Position numbers and translations under genes: made by a program. Positions 47,522 to 57,910 of a stretch of DNA of 64,000 bases are shown here, one piece after another. Under the pieces are notes generated by a model. The model was not told the origin of the DNA and ran no database searches. It worked only from the letters and a program-made list of their open reading frames with translations. Source of the stretch: Tubulanus polymorphus (taxonomy: Eukaryota > Animalia > Nemertea). Numbering within the stretch: position 1 is the first letter of the stretch; each line of letters begins with the position of its first letter. The stretch is from positions 15,906,150 through 15,970,149 of the forward strand of contig NC_134026.1 of assembly GCF_964204645.1 (NCBI RefSeq), in the 5' to 3' direction.

Positions 47522-47956
47522 TTAATAATTTATTAATTCTTTTAACAATTTATCTTGTTCTTCAACTGTTATATGACCATTTAAACTTATTATATAATCT
47601 AGTGTATTCTTTAATTTATTAATTTCTTTGATATTAGTTTTAATTCTTTCTTTATTACTTTTTATATTTAATTTTGAACTTATACCAGTTAAAACACTTG
47701 AACCTAATCCTAATACACCAATTGATATAGCTAAAGGTGTTAATGGACTGAATATTGCTAGAAATGTTATTACAGAACTAATTGTAACCGAACCACTGAT
47801 AATAAGATAATATATAATTTTACTTTTTAAATATTTTTTCTTTTTTATCTTTAAGTCACTTTCAAATTCTAATATTTGTTTTTCTAAATATGTTTTTAAT
47901 TTAGTTTTATTTATATCATGAGGAATAATATCAATATTATCAACTTTATCATCCAT
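47522..47956 (-). CDS. 144-aa two-TM membrane protein
   Basis: Hydrophobic hairpin flanked by Lys-rich helices; homologue at ~23880-24170. Confidence 0.85.
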   Translation of the reverse strand: MDDKVDNIDIIPHDINKTKLKTYLEKQILEFESDLKIKKKKYLKSKIIYYLIISGSVTISSVITFLAIFSPLTPLAISIGVLGLGSSVLTGISSKLNIKSNKERIKTNIKEINKLKNTLDYIISLNGHITVEEQDKLLKELINY

Positions 47957-47976
47957 TTATTAAGCAAAAAAAATTA

Positions 47977-48396
47977 CTAATTAGTAAACTTATACGCTAC
48001 AAATATAACAATAACTGTTCCACCTAAAATCCAAATTATTTCATATTTCAGTTGTTCATTACTTGGGGTATAATAATCTGATAATTTAGGTTTGTATAGA
48101 TGTAATTTTTCTTTGGTTACTGCGTTATATAAACTCATTGCATCATCAACTGATTGAAAATCTCTATGTGAAATCTTCTGATCATATAATTCCATGTTAA
48201 TATAATCCATATAGTTTTGCCTCTTTTCTCTATATTCTTCTGCTGCTTAATAGTATTTCTCTAATGCTAAGTTATGTCTTTTTTGTTCTGTTAATGATCC
48301 ATTTGTATCAATATGTTTAAATAAATAACCACCACCAGTAAATGCTAAAGCGTTAACAATTGCCGATCCTATAATAGTTATAACTGCAGAAGCCAT
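47977..48396 (-). pseudogene. ~139-aa protein with N- and C-terminal hydrophobic segments; one in-frame stop
   Basis: MASAVITIIGSAIVNALAFTGGGYLF...EQKRHNLALEKYY*AAEEY joins in frame to ORF 47977-48210. Confidence 0.8.
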
Positions 48397-48420
48397 TTAT
48401 TTAGTAAGATAATTATGTAT

Positions 48421-48642
48421 TTATATGGGAGGAATATATTTTTGCTTTTCTAAATAATCAATAGTTAAATTAGATAAAGTAACTGCTAATGTTAATTTTA
48501 AAATATCATTTATATCAAATCTATCAACATTAACACTTCCCATTTTGAATACTTTTTTTAATACCATTGAATAACCAACGGTTCCAACTGATAGTAATGC
48601 TCCATTATATAATCCAGTTATTATCCACTTATTATCACTCAT
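48421..48642 (-). CDS. 73-aa small hydrophobic protein
   Basis: Intact; homologue at 23392-23600; TAAATG start. Confidence 0.8.
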   Translation of the reverse strand: MSDNKWIITGLYNGALLSVGTVGYSMVLKKVFKMGSVNVDRFDINDILKLTLAVTLSNLTIDYLEKQKYIPPI

Positions 48643-48985
48643 TTATTTATCAAAAAAATTACTATCATCAAAATATTTAGTTATCTTATTTATGATTAAT
48701 TCAACATTTATTTCATTACTACTTTTATGATTATCATATATTTTGGTTAATATGTTTTTAATATCATCAATAATTCCATCTTCATTTAATTCATAATATT
48801 CTAAATGGTGATTTAATTAAATCAATTACTTTTTCTATATTATAATTTTCTTTATTAATCATTGATGCATTGCTAAATGATTTACTTTTTATATCAGTAA
48901 TTACATCATTTAGTTTAATTCTCATTTCTTTACCATGTTTAAAATCAAACCCAAAACATATACTCGGTCCAACAGTTATATTCAT
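48639..48985 (-). pseudogene. ~115-aa hypothetical protein, frameshifted
   Basis: MNITVGPSICFGFDFK; the copy B homologue 23053-23391 is still open full length. Confidence 0.75.
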
Positions 48986-49761
48986 TTATATAGTGAAAAA
49001 AACTCTCTACATCTTATAACTAATTCATAAATTACAGGGAAATTATTTAAATCAATTAAGTATCCATTGTGATTTCTAATTTCTAATCTAAAATTATAAA
49101 AACGAGGAATGCATGGTTTGAAATCGCATTCTGTTAAATTATGATTTATTTGCGTTCCAAATTCTTTAACATTCTTCAATGGTAAAATGTTTAGTAAACC
49201 AGAATTACAAGTTATATCTTTAGTTGCTTCGAATGTTTTTGTAGGATCGATTAAATTGCAATAAATATAGAAATGTGTGTAAGGTATTAAGTTTGGTGTA
49301 GTAGCGTCAATATTTGTAAAAGATCTATCTGGAAGAATTCCTAACAGTTTAGCTATAGGTTTTTTTACCATAAATTTATGTTTTTCACTATTAGACAACC
49401 TTATCTTTATTCTATCAGAACTCTCACTTTTTAAAAATCTAATAGTAAACCCAGAACTACTACCTAATTTGTGCCAGGCTTTTCTATTAATTTCTTGTGC
49501 TAATGTATCTAAATTATATAACCCCGGTTTAAAAAAAATAGAGGACCATTCATTTTTACCTTTATCAAAAATTAAAAAGGCTCTATGTTCAATAGTTTTA
49601 TTCGTTATATTATAAAAAGAATTACATAAACTTATATTAACTAATTTTAAATCTACATAATTCTTGAATTCTCTATCTAATTGTACTAGTAAATTATGTG
49701 ATTTATAATCTGTAAGCCTTCTAGAATCAACAAATATTCTGTATTCTTTTAATTCCACCAT
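48982..49761 (-). CDS. Putative minor capsid (penton) protein
   Basis: PGLYNLDTL, FYIYCNLID, LLNILPL and C-terminal LEIRNHNGYLIDLNNFPVIYELVIR are typical of Polinton minor capsid proteins. Confidence 0.75.
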   Translation of the reverse strand: MVELKEYRIFVDSRRLTDYKSHNLLVQLDREFKNYVDLKLVNISLCNSFYNITNKTIEHRAFLIFDKGKNEWSSIFFKPGLYNLDTLAQEINRKAWHKLGSSSGFTIRFLKSESSDRIKIRLSNSEKHKFMVKKPIAKLLGILPDRSFTNIDATTPNLIPYTHFYIYCNLIDPTKTFEATKDITCNSGLLNILPLKNVKEFGTQINHNLTECDFKPCIPRFYNFRLEIRNHNGYLIDLNNFPVIYELVIRCREFFSLYK

Positions 49762-49778
49762 TTATTTTACATATTTTC

Positions 49779-50132
49779 TTATTCGAAATCTATTTCATGG
49801 TGCCCTTTTTCATTCTTACCTTTGTATACGAAATAGAAATCTCCAGAACATAATTCTTCTAAATCTTCACTTGATAATCTATGAAATCTATCTGGTAAAT
49901 ATGTTCTGAATTTATGTGTATTTCCTTTTAATCCTTCATATTCTTAGTGTATAACTTATTTATCTCCATAGTTATTAGTAACTGTATCAATATTTGTAAT
50001 TAGATATTTCTTATGGATTGTTAATTCGGTTAACTTTTTGAATTTATAATCTACAGATTTTACATTTGTGATATCTTTTATTTTATCTAGAAATAATTTG
50101 TTGTTCTCACTGTGTGTTTGTTCACTCTCCAT
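49779..50132 (-). pseudogene. ~117-aa hypothetical protein with two in-frame stops
   Basis: MESEQTHSENN...FKKLTEL...KYLITNI...YGDK*VIH*...FRTYLPDRF...FYFVYKG; not in the ORF track because of the stops. Confidence 0.65.
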
Positions 50133-50181
50133 TTTAATAACATATTTTTATCAAAATTTGATTAACAAGTTAGAATTCTTT

Positions 50182-53100
50182 TCATTCTCTCGTTCTCTTT
50201 TGTTCTTCTCTTTTGAATTTTAAGTATTCATCTAAATTGCAACCATAAGCAACTGTATGAATTCCATCATCTAAAATAAATCTTTTATCATCAAATGGGT
50301 TTAGACTTATCTTTTCAATTTCTTCAATAAACATTTCATGATCTTCAGATCTTAAACATCTCATCTTATGTTTTCTAACTTCTTCATTGAATATACAATT
50401 GATGTAATCTTTGAAATGAATATTCTTTTCTACTACACTTTTGGTTATTCCTTTTAACTTTTTAGCTTCATGTTCTATAGTTTTATATGAATACATTTTA
50501 GATCTAATACCAATGAATTCAATCATTTCTTCACCGCCTAATTCATCTTTGAATTTACCGGGAACTTTTTTATTATCATTGCTAAACAATTCATGATCTT
50601 TAGGATAGTTACTAAAATCAAAATGATGTTTTAATGTTTTTAAATCATCAGTTATGTTATCAGTTTTTATCTTTAATATGTAACTGTCGGTATGTTTTTC
50701 TCCAAAAACTGGTTGTAATACATTATAATAGAATTCATACATTAGTAATTTTGATAATTCTAAAACTGAAGCGCCAACATAGATTGGTTTATTAAATTTC
50801 ATTGATGTTCTTCTCATTTTAACTGCAGCTAAATTTTCATCAAATATTCTGTTACCAATGAACTTAGGATATGTTTGTAAATGTCTAATTTTTTTACCAT
50901 TACTAACTAACTCAATATCATTTCTATTTCTAATATTTTCACAAGTCTTACCATAGAATGCATTATTCATTAACTTGAAGAAATCTTTCTCGAAATCAGT
51001 TTTAGCTTCAGTTCTCTGTTTGGTGTTAAAATCTATATATTTTTCTAACCACTTAGATTGACTGAATGAAATATATCTGTGTACTTTTTTTAGAACCATT
51101 CCTTGTTTTAGATAAAACTTTAACATTCTATAATGTACTACATAATTATATTTATCTTCTTGAGTTACCATTAACTTTTCTGTATGAATATGATTTTCAG
51201 GTTTAATTCTTTTTTGGCAATTTGATAATTCTTCATGAGTTACGGTTTTATGTTCGGGGCAGTATGCTAGATTTCTAGATTTGAATTTAATATGTTCAGG
51301 ATATTCTAAATCTACAACAAAGAAGTAACCAGTATTTGAATCATCTGCAATATCTAGGATTCTTTTCTTCCAATCAAATTTATCATTATTTTCATTCTGT
51401 AAAACTTCAGTTAATTCAAATACTCCATAAGGTTGTGGTTCCATCATTGCCCAACCATATAAATTATTTGCATCTATATATAATAACTTATATCCAGCGT
51501 TATCATTTACATTGAAATATCTATCCCCTAATACACCTGAAACTCCTCCTCTTATAGATTTTTCAAATAATAATAATTGATCTATATTTGTTAACAAATC
51601 CATTTTTATATCTGTAAATTTTAATCCACAATCCCATGTTAAACCTGGACTAGAATAACAATGACATGGATCAATATTAAAATATTTTAGGTTTACATCT
51701 CTAAATCTTTCGAATATATCGGTTAATGATAATACATCTGATTTTAAATATACATCTACTAATTGCCCATGATTTTTCATTCTAAAATGATTCCAAATAT
51801 TCAATGTTCTATTATAGACTTCATCTTTAACATATTCATTTTTTAATTCATCATAGAATTGTTCTTTCAACAATTCAGATATATTATTATGTGATTTATA
51901 AAATGAATATGGAATTGCGCCTTTATATCTCATTAATTGAAAATCATCATTATTTGGGTAATGTTGCTTTAATGTTTTTAATTCTTCATCAACTAATGAT
52001 TTTGATAAGTTATCTAATGAACTATTTAAGAATCTATATGAATCTATAAATCTTAGGCAACCAAATTGGAATGATATATAATTCTCAGATGTTTTAGCTA
52101 ACATTCTAAATTTATAAGTTGGTATTTTATCTTTTGATCTATTTGAATTTAATATTTCTATTTCATTATTGATTTCTTCTATTTTATGGCATAACTGTTT
52201 GATGAATAAATGTGCATCATATCCTGATAGATTATGAAATATAACTGGTACAAAGTTAATTTTCTTAGCTTGTAAGTTACAATTCTCATGTGCAGCGCCT
52301 CTAAACTTTCCATTCAAATGATCATGGTCTCTTACTTTTTTATCTTTAAAATTAAATATCTTTTCACAATAATAACATTTATCTGAAAACACAAATTCTT
52401 CTTTATCTTCTTCTGTCATAATTATTTCTTTATTTGTATTCAATAATTTACTAAATCTTATTTCATATCCAATTAATAAGTCTCAAAAATGATTGATAAC
52501 ATTTTCATTTCTATTATGATAATATTCACTTTTAATTAGTTCTGGATAATCAGATTTAATATATAACCAGAAAGCTGCAGCTGATTGATGAATCTTTTTA
52601 ATAGTATTTGTTTTTGGTGGTTCATCTGAAAAATCATTTTCATTAGAATTTAATTTCTTTCTTTTATAATATATTTCTTTTCTATCTTGATCAGTTAATT
52701 CTTTATTTAATGATTCAAAATCTCCATATATTACAAATGGTACTTTATTTTTGTAGTCATATTTTTTGAATTCTAATATCTTATCTTTTTCATTTGGTAA
52801 AACTAATTTACAATAATCATGATTTTCACATAATTGTTTATGATTTAATAATATACTTTCATTAGTGAATCTATGTAAACATTTTCTACAAAATATATTT
52901 TATGGTGATCACTTTCTGATTTAAAAAATAAATCGATTTGTTTAATCCACATATAATGATTCTCATAATATAGTATATCTATAACATCATTTGAATCATA
53001 ATCTTTTGATAGGTATAAAGGTTCTAATGTATAATGTTTTATGTTGTTACCTTTAGTATTTGGTAATTTGATTGAATCAATTTATCTTTATAGTATTATC

Positions 53101-54168
53101 TCTTTCTATTTTTGGGATGTTTTTAATTATAACAGGATACTTATCTATCTTATAATTATTTTCAAATTGTTTATAATTTGTTAATCTATAAGTATGTTTA
53201 TTATAATCTTCAACTGGGTGTAAACAACTTATTATAGCCCATAGAAAACATTTATCATCTTCATTTTCTACATTTATAACAGCATTAGTTTTAAATGGTA
53301 GTTTAATATAACTCGATGCTTCAATATCTGGTTCTTTATAATATGATACATTATTTTCATCAATTGGTTTTGATTTAGTTAACTTATTATATTTTGTGTT
53401 ATAAACATGTAAAGTCATAAATATTATTTCATCAAATATTAAACCAGATCCTTCAAAATATTTCTCTTCTATTTTAGTTTTTACTTCATTATAACATTTA
53501 TCTAATTTATCATCTATATGTTGCTTAGTTATAATATGTTGTGAATGAGAATTTATATTATATATTGGTTTATCTTCAGATTTTATAAACTTTACTTTAG
53601 AAGATATACTAATTTTAGGATATTCAACATCAGTTATTATTCTTATTATTTCTTTCATATTTTCTAAATGTTTTTTATTTTCTTCTAATGTTTTTCCTTT
53701 ATAAAATTTAAACTCGATAGCTGCTGGGCCAATATCACTTTTAAATGCTTCGGTTATCTCTATATCTTTTTTATTATCCAATAAATTAATATATTTTCTT
53801 ACATCTTCCATGTATGGTCTTTTATTGTTTAATTTATTTTTTATGCTTTTAATTGTCTTCTGTTTCTTATCATTATCTTTATCAAAATAATCTTCACCTA
53901 AAATATCATTATTCTTATTTCTAATATGACTTTTAGATTTTAAATGTTCTTTATAATATCTTATATCACTGAATGATTGATTACATGTATCACATTTGTA
54001 TGTTTCTTTTTCATTCTTTAATTCATCTAATTTAGTTTCTAATATATCATCTTCATATTCTAATTTCAATTTATTCTCTAAATGTGTTTTAGTTTTATTG
54101 TGTCTTGCTTTTTGGGATTTATCTATATTGATATTACATGTTTGACAGTCGTACTTATTTGCTTCCAT
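50182..54168 (-). pseudogene. Protein-primed family B DNA polymerase with N-terminal C2H2 fingers and an endonuclease VII-like insert; several lesions
   Basis: CQTC...HNKTKTH and CDTC...HLKSKSH; DDKCFLWAI; VRDHDHLNGKFRGAAHENCNL; FHNLSGYDAH; YIDANNLYGWAM; KLMNNAFYGKT; damaged motif C (HTDS). Breaks lie between 52443 and 53077. Confidence 0.97.
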
Positions 54169-54190
54169 TTTAATACTAAATTTTTTATAA

Positions 54191-54778
54191 AAATTGATTT
54201 TAGAAGTTCAATGATTTATATCATGCATTATTTCAATCACACTTTACTAACACTTTTAATGTTTAAAAATCTAACTCACACAAATATGAATATTGAAATA
54301 ATGTTGTAAATATATACTTTTATATTGAATAATCTGTCAATTTAAATGTTATTCATTTACATGAATATTTTAAGAGTAATAGGGGTAATGGGCTTTCAGG
54401 TTAAAGGTTGAATGGTCGAGTTCATTCAAAACAAATATTAAAAGTAATTTAAAACTATAATATATTTTCATAACCGTGCGTATTTCAGTTGAATAATAGA
54501 ATAATTATTATTATTTGAATATATTTGATTATATGAATTTGTGTATTGTAAATAAATCAATTGGTCGCGGAGCGGAGCGGTAGCGAAGTGGAGCGACCAA
54601 TTTATTTAATACAATATGCTTTCTAAATTATTGATATCTTAGAATAAATATTTAGTTATGATATAAAATACACACGGTTATGAAAATATATTATAGTTTT
54701 AAATTACTTTTAATGTTTTGTTTTTTAATGAGCTCGACCCTTCGACCTTTGGCCTGAAAGCCCATTACCCCTATTACT
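54191..54778 (-). repeat. Right TIR (588 bp; 54375-54778 self-complementary)
   Basis: Reverse complement of the left TIR. Confidence 0.97.
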
Positions 54779-55132
54779 GACCTCCATAAACTAGCTAAAA
54801 TAGAAACAGTGATACAACGTTTCAAACTACTGACAATAAACTACCTAAACTCAAATCGAAATAACCCGATATTAAGGAACATCTTTTACGATATTTCGAG
54901 TCCGTGGCCGTCTTCTGATATCGTAGAGGCGTATAAGAACATTCTATAGCGCAAACACTACTACCGACTTTTACCCACGCAGTCGGAGAATCGAATGAAC
55001 GATTCCTTTGTTGCGCGTACACACTACCCATGAGACGAGAAGATACACAATATCCGTGTAAGAAGATAACAAGAGAAATCCCACAATAAGTTCAGCCAAA
55101 ACGAGAAACTTGAATAGAAGAGTTATATATAT

Positions 55133-55873
55133 AGTCCCATTCTAGCAAATCTTTTCCTGGAACACGTTGAAACCGAATTACTACCTCTTTACACAGATAC
55201 TCTCCCTAAACTTTGGTTACGATACGTTGATGATATTCTTGCCCTTATACCTTTTGACTTTGATATTGATCAATTTCTCACATTTATTAACTCTTTTTAT
55301 CCCTCCTTGAACTTCACATTTGAATTGGAAGTTGATGGGAAAATCCCCTTCCTTGATGTTTGTATACACAATTGTTTGTCTCGTCTAAAATTCTCGGTTT
55401 ATAGGAAACCTACCCACTCTGGAACATACCTACATTATTTCTCCTTCACCGCTCATAACATTAAACTTAGTGTTGCCCAAAGCTTATTCCTTCGCGCATT
55501 AAGGATTTGTGACCCCCTTTTCTTGGATGATGAACTAACCCAGATCAAGACCTCTCTTAATAAATTAGCTTACCCCGACGACATTTTGAATAAAGCTCTC
55601 TTGAGAGCCCGTCGTTCACATTTCAGTCACTCTCAAGGGACCCGCGCGCGTAAACAGCCTATTATTGTACCTTTTGTTCCTTTTCTGGAAAAATCTAAAA
55701 CTCCCCTCCATCTCTTAAACAAACAACTCATTTTTACTTATAACAACAAACTTAGTCGTAATCTTACTCATAACTCCCCCAAAATTGAACCCCTGAACAT
55801 TGGTGTATATAAAATTCCCTGTAAAGTTTGTAACAAAATATATATTGCCCCTAGTTTGCCTTGCTTACTTTAG
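55133..55873 (+). pseudogene. Penelope reverse transcriptase fragment plus start of the GIY-YIG endonuclease
   Basis: SPILANLFLE...WLRYVDDI...FTFELE...IPFLDV...VYRKPTH...GVYKIPCKVCNKIYI, then truncated. Confidence 0.93.
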
Positions 55874-55999
55874 CATTGTTTTCTAGTTGTTATGTCATTA
55901 CTTTAATCTATTCCCCTTTCAATATTTTAATCACTCACTCTGCTTCTATTGTTTTGGTCTTGTATAAATATCTTGTAATATTCGATCCTGTACTCAGTA

Positions 56000-56039
56000 C
56001 GCCTGATGATGGCTAATAGTCTTTAGCCGAAACGTTGCG
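56000..56039 (+). ncRNA. Minimal hammerhead ribozyme in the Penelope pLTR
   Basis: CGC-CTGATGA-T-GGCTA/TAGCC-GAAAC-GTT-GCG: intact core with stems I and II. Confidence 0.85.
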
Positions 56040-57910
56040 CAAATATATATAACTCTTCTATTCAAGTTTCTCGTTTTGGCTGAACTTATTGTGGGATTTC
56101 TCTTGACACACTACCCATATCTAGGTCGCTATCAATTAGTCTATACATCACGTGAACCGAACGTGTGTTGAGCGAAGAAACGCTGCGTACTTGACATTGA
56201 AGAGTATGCAGTAATACTATTTACTCCCTTTAAATACATGTCTAAATAGATGTATTGTAATTCAATATAACGGAAGAAAATTATTATTTCTTACGCTTAA
56301 GACCACTCTATAGCACAAATCTAGTACATATTGTACTACAGCATCTATATTTACAAGTAATTAACTACTAAGTACTCGTACTTTCTGTGTAAATGTGTGT
56401 AATTTGTTTTTTGTGGAAAATAATTAGTATATAAATAAAAATAATTAAAACAAAAAAAAGAAAACTATAATAATCATTAAACCGTATGATATGTATAACT
56501 AACTACTAACAACGTGCTCCTGATAGGGACCGAGCAAAACAAAATCCTTAAACAGTAATAACTCCTTCCGTAGACCTTTGCTTGAATCTTACTATATACA
56601 CTATATACATTATATCACATCACATCACCCACGCCCCCCCTTAGGCCTATCTCATATTAGTTCAATAAATATCCCTACCACAAAATTAGGCAAAAACATG
56701 CACCTACGCGCTAGAATGTAGGAGAGTGGACACCACTCTCGAACATTAAAACGCGCTCCGCGCGTTTGTCTCTTTTCATCATCGCATCATCGCATCTATT
56801 TCTAGATTTCTTCGCTGGCGGATCGGAGTGTCGTGACTCGCACGATAGTGTAAGTCGTAGCCGGATATGCCGGCAGCAGATAAAAATACCCTACGATATT
56901 GTCTGTGTAAGTGTTTAGACAATTACATGTAACTTTCTTGTGACGTTCTCTGCGTGATGCACGTGGCAGCTTTAATTGCTTGATTGAGGGTAGATTTCAG
57001 AGATATATGATCTGCACTGACAGCTGGGGATACGACCGGGAACATGACGAACCATGCTGGAATCTGAGCGTCATATATATCGTATTTTCGCGGGTTATTC
57101 GCGGAATTCGTACAAAACCTCGATTTATAGATAACTCGTTAAAATACGACTTACACGTAACTCGTACATCACGTAAGTCGTAGAAAAATCGTCGGTCCCG
57201 AGGGCTACGACTTATGCGGGGTTGATTGTAAAATGATTTCTTGTCTAGTTCGTTTATCAATACCAGGCCCCACTTGGTTGAAATGCTAAAACTACAGCGG
57301 AAAGGAAACGTTATTTTAGCAAAAATTACAGAATTAGAAAGATTTTAGTGTAACGGAATAAAAAGATGGAATAAATTCATAGCTTGATTCGAATATGTCA
57401 AGATAATGCTTATACTTTGGAGTGGATAAGTTTCCTTGCCTATCCCATAATGCATATCAAACAAAATCATTGGCATGTAGACATTATATATTTCCAAACA
57501 ACGTTTAACATTCCTTGACGCAGGTGGCTCTTTGTGTCCAAGCAAAATTATGCATATGTCTGGGATGCCGGACACCTGGATAATAAATTGTACGTTACAA
57601 TAGATAACATAATTATCTATGAACGTTATAAACTTTCTGTCGTTACACTGGTCATTGTGTAAAAATTCAACGGCTTTCAATCGTTCTTTAATAACGGCAT
57701 CGATTACAGTGCGTTGAACTTGTCGGCTCGATCGGAGTCTACAAAATTCAAATTTTAGGTGGTGAGTCCGAAACCTTAGTTTGTAGTTTGTTTTTTTTTC
57801 GAGAATTGTATTAGCAAATAATGAATTATTGCAGTCTACGAATTCAAGCTTGATTTGACGTGTTATTTCTCTCACTTTTTAACATTTCAGGAAAAATCGT
57901 TACGGTCAAG

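Larger units (their letters stand above)
36438..54778. mobile_element. Complete Maverick/Polinton (endogenous DNA virus), 18,341 bp
   Basis: TSD GACCTC at 36432-36437 and 54779-54784; termini AGTAATAGGGG / CCCCTATTACT; 588-bp TIRs; pPolB, integrase, ATPase and capsid genes inside. Confidence 0.98.
55032..56105 (+). mobile_element. 5'-truncated Penelope-like retroelement with inverted 5' pLTR
   Basis: 13-bp TSD ACACACTACCCAT (55019-55031, 56106-56118); 55070-55131 is the reverse complement of ~56044-56105; RT fragment and hammerhead inside. Confidence 0.92.

Noticed and set aside
41395-50000. Possible stop-codon reassignment explaining in-frame stops in the Polinton
   Set aside because: Stops are a mix of TAA, TAG and TGA, accompany frameshifts, and one aligns to Arg in copy B; this is ordinary decay.
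57345-57875. 176-aa minus-strand ORF upstream of the vWA gene
   Set aside because: Non-ATG start, no recognisable motif, probably within the 5' intron or upstream region of the vWA gene.
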